Shown here: piece after piece, positions 1 to 8,620 of the stretch
How the letters are laid out: every line of letters starts with the position of its first letter
Position numbering within the stretch: the first letter of the stretch is position 1
Source: Pedosphaera sp.
Lineage (GTDB): Bacteria > Verrucomicrobiota > Verrucomicrobiia > Limisphaerales > SIBH01
Direction: 5' to 3'
NCBI GenBank assembly: GCA_031414955.1
Contig: JANOQV010000100.1
Location: forward strand, 1 to 37,420
DNA: 37,420 nucleotides
Program-made: the position numbers and the translations under genes
Notes under the pieces: generated by a model
What the model was told of the DNA's origin: nothing
What the model saw: the letters and a program-made list of their open reading frames with translations, nothing else
Databases searched by the model: none

Positions 1-30
1 CTGTCGCGCATCACACGTCGCCTCGAATTA

Positions 31-72
31 CGCGGAGCGTTTGGAGTGCGGTCGCTTTAGCGCCGCTTTGGG
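31..72. repeat. REP-like palindromic element (TTGGAGTGCG...CCGCTTT type)
   Basis: GCGGAGCGTTTGGAGTGCGGTCGCTTTAGCGCCGCTTTGG contains the hairpin GCGGTCGCT/AGCGCCGC; resembles extragenic palindromes recalled from PVC genomes. Confidence 0.45.
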
Positions 73-144
73 GCGTGACCACCTGACCATGCACATGCTC
101 CGCCGCGTTGACATCACACGCGCGGTCTTCAATCTCTCCCACCA

Positions 145-702
145 ATGAACCGCATTCTCGTCCTCTACGATTCCAAGTCCGGCAATGTCGCGAAGATGGC
201 TCAACTCGTGGCCGAAGGCGCGCAGCGCATCACCGACACCGAGGTGCGCGTTCGTTCCATCGATGAAGCCAAAGCCGATGATGTGCTTTGGTGCGACGGC
301 CTGGCCGTGGGCAGCCCGACCAACATGGGCGTGCTCTCCTGGAAGATGAAGCGGTTCTGGGACGAAGCGATGGAGCCGCACTGGATGCAAGTGGATGGCA
401 AAATCGCCTGCGCCTTCAGCAGCGCCGGCGGCTGGGGCGGCGGCATGGAACTGGCCTGTCAGTCCATCCTGACCGTGCTGATGAATTTCGGATTCCTCAC
501 GTTTGGCGTCACGGATTATGCGGCGAAGAAGATGACCCTGCACTACGGCGCGGTGTGTGCGAAGGAACCGCGTGAGGAAGACACGCAGGCCGCCTGCCGC
601 TTGCTCGGCCAACGTCTCGCGGAGTGGACGGCGGTCTGTGTCCACGGCCGCAAGGACGAGCATCCGATGAAGAAGATGGCCCAACGCATGGCCCCGGGCT
701 GA
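145..702 (+). CDS. Flavodoxin family protein (WrbA-like NAD(P)H:quinone oxidoreductase)
   Basis: ILVLYDSKSGNVAKMA FMN-binding loop; GLAVGSPTNMG; GKIACAFSSAGGWGGG. Confidence 0.9.
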   Translation: MNRILVLYDSKSGNVAKMAQLVAEGAQRITDTEVRVRSIDEAKADDVLWCDGLAVGSPTNMGVLSWKMKRFWDEAMEPHWMQVDGKIACAFSSAGGWGGGMELACQSILTVLMNFGFLTFGVTDYAAKKMTLHYGAVCAKEPREEDTQAACRLLGQRLAEWTAVCVHGRKDEHPMKKMAQRMAPG

Positions 703-704
703 TG

Positions 705-771
705 CGGAGCGCCAGCCTCCGGTCCGGCTCGTTCGCCGTACCCGCAGGCCGGGCCGGAGGCCGGCGCTCCG
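705..771. repeat. GC-rich inverted repeat (REP-like or bidirectional terminator) between convergent genes
   Basis: CGGAGCGCCAGCCTCCGGTCCGGC ... GCCGGGCCGGAGGCCGGCGCTCCG, about 24-bp imperfect arms. Confidence 0.7.
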
Positions 772-772
772 T

Positions 773-1444
773 TTATTCCAGCAGCCGATCCAGTAATTCG
801 TTCACTCTGGGAGCCGCCAGCATTGCCTCGAAATCGCCGGAGTTGGAGAAATGAGGCAGCGTCATCAAGCGATTCCTGCCGACCCATTCCGCCAGCAACG
901 CCGCATTGCTCCGGCTCGCGCCATCCGGTTTGGCGGTGGACATCAAAACGATCCGCGACTTCTTCGCGAAGGGCGCAGGCAGAGCTTCCAACGTGAGCCG
1001 TATATGGTTCACCGCCCCGAGTTTGTTTGCAGCCACGATGATCGCTCTGGCCTCGAGCGCGGTGATCAGTTCCCGGGTGCTGAATCCTTCACCAAGCGGG
1101 CTGAGCAATCCGCCGGCTCCCTCGACCAGCACCATTTCGAAGTCACGGGCGACGGCGCGCACATGCGCCGTCACTTCCCGGAGCGTGACCGCGCGCCCGG
1201 CTTTCCGGGCCGCGAGCAGCGGCGCGACGGGTGCGGGGAAGTGCCAGGGATTGATCGTCTCGAGCGGCAGGGTGTGGTCGAGGGCGCGGCGCAGGACGCG
1301 CGCGTCGTCGCGTCCGCCGGAGCAGATCGGTTTCAGCGCGGCGACCCGCACGCCGTTCCGCGCCAGATGAGTCGCCAGCAGCGCGCTGAGCAGGGTTTTG
1401 CCCACGCCTGTGTCCGTGCCCGTGATGATAATGATGCGCTGCAC
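773..1444 (-). CDS. bioD: Dethiobiotin synthase
   Basis: ITGTDTGVGKT P-loop, LKPICSG, VEGAGGLLSP, KLGAVNH. Confidence 0.95.
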   Translation of the reverse strand: MQRIIIITGTDTGVGKTLLSALLATHLARNGVRVAALKPICSGGRDDARVLRRALDHTLPLETINPWHFPAPVAPLLAARKAGRAVTLREVTAHVRAVARDFEMVLVEGAGGLLSPLGEGFSTRELITALEARAIIVAANKLGAVNHIRLTLEALPAPFAKKSRIVLMSTAKPDGASRSNAALLAEWVGRNRLMTLPHFSNSGDFEAMLAAPRVNELLDRLLE

Positions 1445-1585
1445 GAACTTATGAAATCAGGCGCGGGGAGTACTGGCGAGCAAACGCGCACGGCAGGGCG
1501 GCCGGCCTTTCAGCAATTCTTGATACGAGAATGACAATAAAGCTCAAGCCGCCGGGGCCGCCGCCGCCGATGGTTTTTCTGATCG

Positions 1586-3676
1586 ATGGCGGTAACCTCA
1601 ACAACCGGGACGGAGTGGCGTGCGAGCGCGCTCACACAGTGTTTTCACTGCGGTACGCCCTGCCGTGAAGACTCCTGGCCCAGCGGCGGGAAATCCTTCT
1701 GCTGCAATGGCTGCCTCACGGTTTTTGCGCTGTTGGCCGAGAACGGGCTGGACAATTTTTACGCTCTCTCCGAGTCCGCCGGGGTACGCGTCAAGGCCAC
1801 TCGTTCCGCGCAGTTCAACTATGTGGATGAAAAGGTCGTGCGCGAGCGGCTGGTTGAGTTCGAGGACGAGCGCACCACGCGGGTGACCTTCCGCATCCCG
1901 GCCATCCATTGCATCGCCTGTGTCTGGTTATTGGAGAATCTCTTCCGGCTCAAACCGGGACTCGGGGCGTCCCAGGTCAACTTCCCGCGCAAGGAAGTCT
2001 CGCTTTCCTTTGGGAACGACGCAGTGAAACTGAGCGAGGTCATCACTCTGCTCGCGTCCCTGGGCTACGAACCGGACTTGAAGCTCTCGGACTTGGATGC
2101 GGCCCGCTCCAGCCGTATCCCGCGCCGGCTCTGGATGCAGATCGGCCTGGCTGGGTTTGCCTTCGGCAACCTGATGCTTTTCAGCATCGCGGTTTATTTC
2201 GGTCGGGATGCCTTCAGTGGCCCGGCCCTCAAACGACTGGTCGGCTGGATGAGTCTGGTGATGGCGGTGCCGGTGGTGGTCTATTCCGCCGCCGACTACT
2301 GGCGCAGCGCCTGGAACAGCCTCCGGCAGAAGCGCCTGGCCATCGAGGTGCCGATTGCCGCGGGCATCATCGCCATCTTCGCCCAGAGCGCATTCGATGT
2401 GGCCACTGGCCGCGGCGAAGGGTACTTCGATTCCCTGTGCGGGCTGATTTTCTTCCTGCTCTGCGGCCGGCTCTTCCAGCAAAAGACCTTCGACCGCCTC
2501 AGCTTCGAGCGGGATTACAAATCGTTCTTCCCTCTCTCAGTGACGCGCCTGAGCCGTCCGTCTTCCTCTGAAGAACAGGTTTCCCTTTCGCAACTCGCCG
2601 TGGGCGATCACCTCCTGCTCCGCAATGGCGAACTCATTCCGGCCGACGCGCGACTGATCTCCGGCCCGGCCTGCATCGACTATAGCTTCGTCACCGGTGA
2701 GTCCGAGCCGGTGGAGAAGCGCTCGGGCGATCATCTTTACGCCGGCGGACGCCAGATGGGCGGTGCCATCGAGATTGAGACGGTCAAGGCGGTGTCGCAG
2801 AGCTACCTCACCTCACTCTGGAACCAGGAAGCGTTCCGCAAGGACAAGGCCGACACGCTGGACACGCTGATCAATGTTTACAGCTACCGGTTCACCAAGA
2901 TCGCGATCGCGATTGCCCTTGGCGCGGCCGTCTTCTGGGCGTTTCGTGATCCAAGCATTGCGCTCAAGGCCTTCACCTCGGTGCTCATCGTGGCCTGCCC
3001 GTGCGCGCTGGCGCTGGCGGCACCTTTCACTCTCGGAACAGCCATTCGTGTGCTGGGACGGCGGGGCGTATTTGTGAAAAGTCCGCAGGTCGTGGAAATG
3101 CTGGCGCGGGTGGACACGATCGTCTTCGACAAGACGGCCATGTGCGGGCCGTTGGTGCTCGCCGTGGCGAAGGCGCGTGGCGCGGGGACGGGTGGAGGCG
3201 CATCGCGGTTCGTTTATCAGGCGGGGCGGATCTCAACCTACGTCGCAATCGGCGTGCTGCTCGGCGGAGTGGGAAAAACTCTTGCGCTGGCCGGGCTGCA
3301 ACAATGGCTCTCCATCATCGCAGGCGTGGCACTGCTCTTGGGACTGTTGCTTTCAACCCGCCTGGCCGCGCCCTTCGCGCTTGGCACCATCAACGGCCTG
3401 CTGCCTTGCGGCCTCGTCTATGTGGCGGCGGCGGGCGCGGCGGCCACCGCGCAACCGTTCGATGGCGCGCTGCACATGGCCGCGTTCGGCGCGGGCACGC
3501 TGCCGATGATGCTCGGCCTCGCGTTCGCGGGCACGCGGCTGCGTTTCGCGCTGCCCGTGCGCCAGCTCATTCCCATCTCTGTGGCCACCGTGGCGGTGCT
3601 GCTGGTCTTGCGCGGGTTGGGGTTGGGCATTCCGTATCTCAGCCCGGCGTTGCAGGTGGCGCAGTCATGCCATTGA
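1586..3676 (+). pseudogene. ccoI: Truncated CcoI/FixI-type heavy-metal P1B ATPase fused in frame to the C-terminal part of a DsbD_2 (TauE/SafE-like) cbb3-assembly membrane protein
   Basis: CFHCG...FCCNGC N-terminal domain, HCIAC HMA motif, TGES actuator, CPCAL, then DKT followed directly by AMCGPL...YQAGRISTY...GLLPCGLVY...FGAGTLP; ATP-binding N domain, GDGxND and last TM helices are absent. Confidence 0.8.
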
Positions 3677-3679
3677 GAC

Positions 3680-3945
3680 GGCGGGTGGACGACCAATGCC
3701 GGGCTGAAGTTCGCTCCCGTGGGGCGGAGTAACAATCCTGTCCCGCCCACTTCCTTCGCCGCCCGACTGCTGGCGACGAGTCCCGGTAAAGCTTATGAGA
3801 TTTACCGGACCTTGAACCTGCAAACTCCCTCGCTCTGGGCGCGCGTGGCGGTTGGGACCATTGGCCAGACGAATTTCTCCCTCTCGCTCACTTCGACCAA
3901 TGGATGGCATTCCTGACGGCTGGGAAATGATGTGCGGGTTGGACA
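3680..3945 (+). pseudogene. Degenerate, start-less copy of the module shared by the two secreted proteins downstream
   Basis: GGWTTNAGLKFA...GKAYEIYRTLNL...WARVAVGTIGQTNFSLSLTSTN, then a frameshifting deletion and DGIPDGWE; matches 6505-6860 and 8988-9340. Confidence 0.85.
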
Positions 3946-3968
3946 GCGGACCGCAGGCAAGGTTTCTC

Positions 3969-4217
3969 TTACTTGGTGGCCGCCTTCTTCGCGCGCTTGA
4001 TGATTTCAGCAAGGTCCACGTCCAAGGCCAAGGTGAGCCGCAACAGCGTGTCCAAACTGGGGCTTTGCACCTGTTGTTCAATGTAGCTGACCGCTTGCCG
4101 CGACAAGCCCGCTTTCTGCGCCAGCACGTTCAACGAGAGTCCGCGCGCCTCGCGTTCCTCTTTCAGGAGGCGGGCCACATGGAAACTGATGGCGTTTCGG
4201 AAGGTGTCCCTCGGCAC
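3969..4217 (-). CDS. XRE-family helix-turn-helix transcriptional regulator
   Basis: REARGLSLNVLAQKAGLSRQAVSYIEQQVQSPSLDTLLRL; 82 aa; GTG start. Confidence 0.9.
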   Translation of the reverse strand: MPRDTFRNAISFHVARLLKEEREARGLSLNVLAQKAGLSRQAVSYIEQQVQSPSLDTLLRLTLALDVDLAEIIKRAKKAATK

Positions 4218-4338
4218 GGGGATGCAGTAATGGAAACGGCGGTTGGCACCGGATGCCAGAATACTTACAAGAGGCCGCGAAGCTCAAAGCCGCCGCCAGG
4301 CATTGACCGGAGATTTTATCATGCGAATCTGTAGCCCT

Positions 4339-5479
4339 ATGAAAGCCCGCCTCATTTTCAGCATGATGTTCCTTGCGGTGCAGGTGTTGCCGCTGCTCGC
4401 GCAGACCACGCCGCAGCTTGTTTGGTCCACCAATGCCCACGACTACATTCACTCCGTGGCGTTTTCCGGCGACAGCACGCGACTGGCTTCGGGAGCACAA
4501 GACGGAACTGCCAAGGTCTGGAATGTGACCAATCATGCGTTGCTCGGCAGCTTTAGCCGGAATCAAGCAGTCATGACGTCCGTTGCCCTCTCTGGGGATG
4601 GAAATTATTTGTTGGCGGGGGGGGGGGGACGGGGCGGTCCGCGCGTGGTCAGTTGACTCTGGCGGCTTGTTATGGGGCGGGTCTCCGAACGATGACATCG
4701 TGTGGTCGGTGGCGCTTTCGCCGGATGGATCGATGATTGCAGTTGGAAGAGATACTGGCTTGATTGGAATTGGCCAATCCGACTTTACGGGTGGCCGGCA
4801 CTTTGAAGGCCATGACAGTGATGTTTACTCAGTTACGTTTTCACCGAACGGTTCCATGCTGGCATCCGCAAGTGCTGACGGCACTGCAATCATCTGGCAG
4901 GTGAGCAGTGGAGAGCCGCTTCATGTTCTAACTGGTCACTCAGGTGGGGCGGTCTGGAGCGTGGATTTTTCGCCGGACGGCACTTTGCTTGCGACAATCG
5001 GAGACGATGGAACAACCCAGATTTGGCGTGCGTCGGATGGAGTGCGCCTCCGGACGCTCCCGAGCGGGCCGGGTTACTTTGTGAGATTCTCCGCTAACGC
5101 CCAGTGGCTCTACACCATGATCGGCGGCGACATCAAATTCTGGCGCGTGTCGGACGGCGCATTGCTCAACACGTTTACGGGCTTGGGAGCGTCGAGCCTG
5201 GCCGTGGCAGCGAATGGCAAATACTTCGCCTATGGCACAGTGGGTGGCGTGCTTGTCTTGGCTTATACCACAGTGGTCATTACGAGCATCACTCACCAAC
5301 GCTTCCATGCCACGCTGCAGTGGGAAGGTGGCAGCGGTCGTTATCAGGTCCAGCGCCGTCGCCGCGGGAGCGATGGTCACTGGCACAGGGTGGGCCGGCC
5401 CACCACCGCCACGGCCGCGTGTGTGTCGGGCCGCACCAACCATTTCAACTTTCGAGTGATTAGTCTGACGCCCAAATAG
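4339..5479 (+). pseudogene. Secreted WD40-repeat protein, frameshifted at a G12 tract (4617-4628)
   Basis: Signal peptide MKARLIFSMMFLAVQVLPLLAQ; WD40 repeats split over ORFs 4243..4656 and 4583..5479; removing one G gives LLAGGGDGAVRAW, colinear with the paralog at 7362. Confidence 0.85.
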
Positions 5480-5503
5480 CTGCGTCGCCGTTCGCTTTCT
5501 CCA

Positions 5504-5538
5504 TTGTTCTTTGTTGGTTCGGTCAACGTCGCAGGTGT
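5504..5538 (+). promoter_or_regulatory. Conserved intergenic motif, copy 1
   Basis: TTGTTCTTTGTTGGTTCGGTCAACGTCGCAGGTGT, near-identical to 8529-8562; both lie between a WD40 stop and the start of a secreted gene. Confidence 0.55.
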
Positions 5539-5594
5539 GCGCGGTGCTTGGGTTTGTGCCTGGGTTCGCCATGCCTCAAATACCCAAACGCACC

Positions 5595-7196
5595 ATGAAA
5601 ATATCCCCCCGCAAAATGATCCGCTGCCTGCGGCTGATAGTAGCCATCCTGATCGCTACGATCTCCTTCGCTGCCCTCGCCCGCCCTCGACCTGCGCTGC
5701 CGCCCCTGCCGGAGTTTGATCTCAAGAGTTGGAAGTTCGATCAACCCTACTGGCTCGACGCTGCCAGCCTGGGCGCGCATCTCGCGGCGAACCTGCAACT
5801 CGTGGAAAGCTGGAGTGGCTACGCGCTGAACTGTGTCGGGAATGATTCCCTGCTGCTCACGCCCACGGTCACGGGCACACACCATAACCTGACCGCGACG
5901 AATGGAACCATCCGCCTCTGGTTTGCGCCCGATTGGTCGAGCGCGTCGCTCGGCGGCAGCGGTCCTGGAGATTGGGCCACGCTGTTTGAACTCCAGCAGA
6001 CCAACGGGGTGAAGATGCCCTTTGCCCTGGCGCTGTCCTTCGCACCGGATGGCGACCGCATAGTGGTCGCGGTCAACACGGGACAGGAAACTGCCTCATT
6101 GATTGAGATGCCCATCTCGTTCACGGCGGGCGAGTGGCACCAGATTGCTTTTGTGTATTGGAAGTCCGGCCTGGCCCTGGCGGTGGACGGCGGGCCGGAA
6201 AGTCTCTCCGGAAAAACTCCAGCCTGGCCTGACGCCGCGACTTGGAATCGTTCAGCGTTCTCGCTGGGCAGCGCCACGGACGGGCAGCACCAGGCGCTGG
6301 GCCAGTTGGATGAAGTCCACACCTTCGGTTATCCGCTCTCCACGGATTACCTCCTGTGGAATTACCAGTTCTGCGCGCCCTTGGCCGCGCTTGGCCCGTT
6401 GCCGGATGACAAGGGTGGTGGCGCGCAAGCCATGATGGCCGGTCCGGGTCCGTGCGATCCGTGCCCGGAAGGCGATGGAGGCGGAGGCACCAACAATTAT
6501 GTCGGCGGGTGGACCACCAATGCCGGGCTGAAGTTTGCCGCCATGCCTTATATCAGCAACGGCACCCTTTACGTTACGCGACTGGAGGGCATCACTTCGG
6601 GCAAGGCCTACGAGATTTATCGGACGTTGAACCTGCTGGGTACCTCGATCTGGACGCGCGTGGCCGTCGGAACCAATGGGCAGACCAATTTCTCCCTATC
6701 GCTCACCTCCACCAATGTCACGTTCCTCGCCGCCTCGGTGGAGGATCAGGATCTGGATGGGCTTTCCGACGCCTACGAACATCTTGTCCTCGGCAGTACC
6801 AACACGATGTGGGACACGGACGGCGATGGCATTCCTGACGGCTGGGAAGCGGCGTACGGATTGAACCCCACCAACCGCTTCGACGGCACGAATGTCAATG
6901 CCAACGGGATCAGCAACTTGCAGAAATACCTGGGCGAGGCGGCGCGCTTGCGGCAAGTGGTCTACAACCGACTATTCCGAAGGCATGAGTTTTTGCCACG
7001 AGCATTCCAGTGCGAGTCGGATTCTAAGCACGGTGGTCAGCAGGATGTTCAACTCGCCAGCTTCGACCTTTTGAAGATTTCTCGTGGCGAGTCCAGCCTT
7101 CTCCGCGAGTTGATCTTGAGTCAGCCCTTGCGCGCATCGTTCCCGACGCACGCTGGCACCGAAGAGTTCGAGTCTGCGCTGTTCTTTGGCGCTTAA
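5595..7196 (+). CDS. Secreted LamG/concanavalin-like domain protein with the shared module and DxDxDG calcium-binding motifs; 3' end probably truncated and running antisense through the XRE gene
   Basis: Signal peptide MKISPRKMIRCLRLIVAILIATISFAALA; GTIRLWFAPDWSS, GEWHQIAFVY, GQLDEVHTF (LamG-like); DQDLDGLSD, DTDGDGIPDGWE; similarity to the paralog ends near 6930. Confidence 0.75.
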   Translation: MKISPRKMIRCLRLIVAILIATISFAALARPRPALPPLPEFDLKSWKFDQPYWLDAASLGAHLAANLQLVESWSGYALNCVGNDSLLLTPTVTGTHHNLTATNGTIRLWFAPDWSSASLGGSGPGDWATLFELQQTNGVKMPFALALSFAPDGDRIVVAVNTGQETASLIEMPISFTAGEWHQIAFVYWKSGLALAVDGGPESLSGKTPAWPDAATWNRSAFSLGSATDGQHQALGQLDEVHTFGYPLSTDYLLWNYQFCAPLAALGPLPDDKGGGAQAMMAGPGPCDPCPEGDGGGGTNNYVGGWTTNAGLKFAAMPYISNGTLYVTRLEGITSGKAYEIYRTLNLLGTSIWTRVAVGTNGQTNFSLSLTSTNVTFLAASVEDQDLDGLSDAYEHLVLGSTNTMWDTDGDGIPDGWEAAYGLNPTNRFDGTNVNANGISNLQKYLGEAARLRQVVYNRLFRRHEFLPRAFQCESDSKHGGQQDVQLASFDLLKISRGESSLLRELILSQPLRASFPTHAGTEEFESALFFGA

Positions 7197-7202
7197 AGGC
7201 AC
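6972..7202 (-). CDS. XRE-family helix-turn-helix transcriptional regulator
   Basis: FGASVRRERCAQGLTQDQLAEKAGLATRNLQKVEAGELN; 76 aa. Confidence 0.9.
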   Translation of the reverse strand: MPLSAKEQRRLELFGASVRRERCAQGLTQDQLAEKAGLATRNLQKVEAGELNILLTTVLRIRLALECSWQKLMPSE

Positions 7203-7361
7203 GACACATTACGTCGTGCCTGGCGGTTTTCACTGAACGATGTATTGAATCGTGAATTATCTTGCCATTCTGGAGCCACTGCCGCCCAATTCAGCTCGCT
7301 GGCTGAATTCATCGAAACTAGGTTTGCGAAAAGTGGTTTTCAGGAGTTCACTCACAGCCGT

Positions 7362-8510
7362 ATGAAAGCCCATCCATTCCTAACGATGATTTTGCTGGCG
7401 GCACACGCCCTGCCCCTGCTCGCGCAGCCCGCCCCGCAGATTGTCTGGTCAACGAATGCGCACGCAGGGGTTGTACGGTCTGTGGTCTTTTCCGGGGATT
7501 CTCATTTTGTAGCCTCCGGCTCGGAAGATCGCTTAGCGAAAGTGTGGTCGGTACCCGGTCGTAACCTGATCAGAGAAGTGAACACAGGCGGCGGCTGGGC
7601 ACTGTCAGTCGCGCTTTCGTCGGATGGCTCACTTATCGGCGTGGGTGACGACGAAGGTGCCTTCCGCATGTGGCGCGTCAGCGACGGCGTCCGGCTGATG
7701 CCTGGATCACCAAACGGCGATTTGGCATGGTCGGTGGCCTTCTCACCGGACGATTCCTACTTTGCCGTGGGGCTCTCGGAAGGGGTGGATGTGTTGCATG
7801 TTCCAACTCTCAGTGCCCTTTGGTTTCAGGAGATTGAATCGCAGAACGGAGACCGAGAAATCTACAGCGTCGCCTTCTCGCCTGATAGCGGTTTCCTCGC
7901 TACGGGCAACCAGGATCAAACCGCCAGCCTCTGGAATGCACAGAATGGCACCCCCATCCGCACTTTTTCCGGCCACAGTGCCTCCGTCGTTTCCGTGGAC
8001 TTCTCCCCGGACGGCTTCCGCCTCGCCACTGGCAGTGGCGACGGTACGACGCGAATTTGGAACGTGTTGAATGGAGCGTCAGTAGTCACCATCACCAACG
8101 GCGGCGGAGTCGTGAAATTTCTCGGCGACGGCCGTTACGTGATGAGCCTCGACAGCGCTTATGCACTCAAAGTTTTCCGCGTGAGTGACGGGAAGTATAT
8201 CGGCGGCTACACCAACACCTCCGCCACCTGTTTTGCCGTCGCGCGGGATAGCCGCTACTTCGCCTACGGCACCTCCACCGGGTCTGTGGTGCTGGCCTAT
8301 ACACCAGTGATTATCACGAATATCACGCATGAACGTTTCTATACCACACTGCAATGGGAAGGTGGCAGTGGACGATATCAAGTCGAACGCCGAAGACTCC
8401 GACCAAATGCCAAGTGGCATAAAGTCGGCCGGCCCACCACCGCCACGGCCAAGTGCGTTCTGGGTCGTGCCAGCTTCGAGTATCGCGTGATCAGCTTGAC
8501 GCCGAAGTAA
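7362..8510 (+). CDS. Secreted WD40-repeat beta-propeller protein
   Basis: Signal peptide MKAHPFLTMILLAAHALPLLAQ; repeats such as SVAFSPDSGFLATGNQDQTASLW and GHSASVVSVDFSPDGFRLATGSGDGTTRIW. Confidence 0.92.
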   Translation: MKAHPFLTMILLAAHALPLLAQPAPQIVWSTNAHAGVVRSVVFSGDSHFVASGSEDRLAKVWSVPGRNLIREVNTGGGWALSVALSSDGSLIGVGDDEGAFRMWRVSDGVRLMPGSPNGDLAWSVAFSPDDSYFAVGLSEGVDVLHVPTLSALWFQEIESQNGDREIYSVAFSPDSGFLATGNQDQTASLWNAQNGTPIRTFSGHSASVVSVDFSPDGFRLATGSGDGTTRIWNVLNGASVVTITNGGGVVKFLGDGRYVMSLDSAYALKVFRVSDGKYIGGYTNTSATCFAVARDSRYFAYGTSTGSVVLAYTPVIITNITHERFYTTLQWEGGSGRYQVERRRLRPNAKWHKVGRPTTATAKCVLGRASFEYRVISLTPK

Positions 8511-8528
8511 CGGCGTAAAATTTCTTCG

Positions 8529-8562
8529 TTGTTCTTTGTCTGTTCGGTCAACGCACAGGTGT
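8529..8562 (+). promoter_or_regulatory. Conserved intergenic motif, copy 2
   Basis: TTGTTCTTTGTCTGTTCGGTCAACGCACAGGTGT, matching 5504-5538. Confidence 0.55.
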
Positions 8563-8620
8563 CGTGTATGTCCTCAGATCATGTGTCTGAGCCACGCTCA
8601 ACATCTAACCTCCAATACCC

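Noticed and set aside
1515..1545. FNR box upstream of ccoI
   Set aside because: Only the TTGAT half site is present; no ATCAA at the correct spacing
6930..7196. Genuine overlapping coding of the exoprotein tail and the XRE gene
   Set aside because: The tail has no match to the paralog and looks like run-on through the antisense XRE after truncation
8545..8600. c-di-GMP-I riboswitch (GGTCAACGCACAGG resemblance)
   Set aside because: Lacks the GCAAA / GAAA tetraloop / GACGCAAA core
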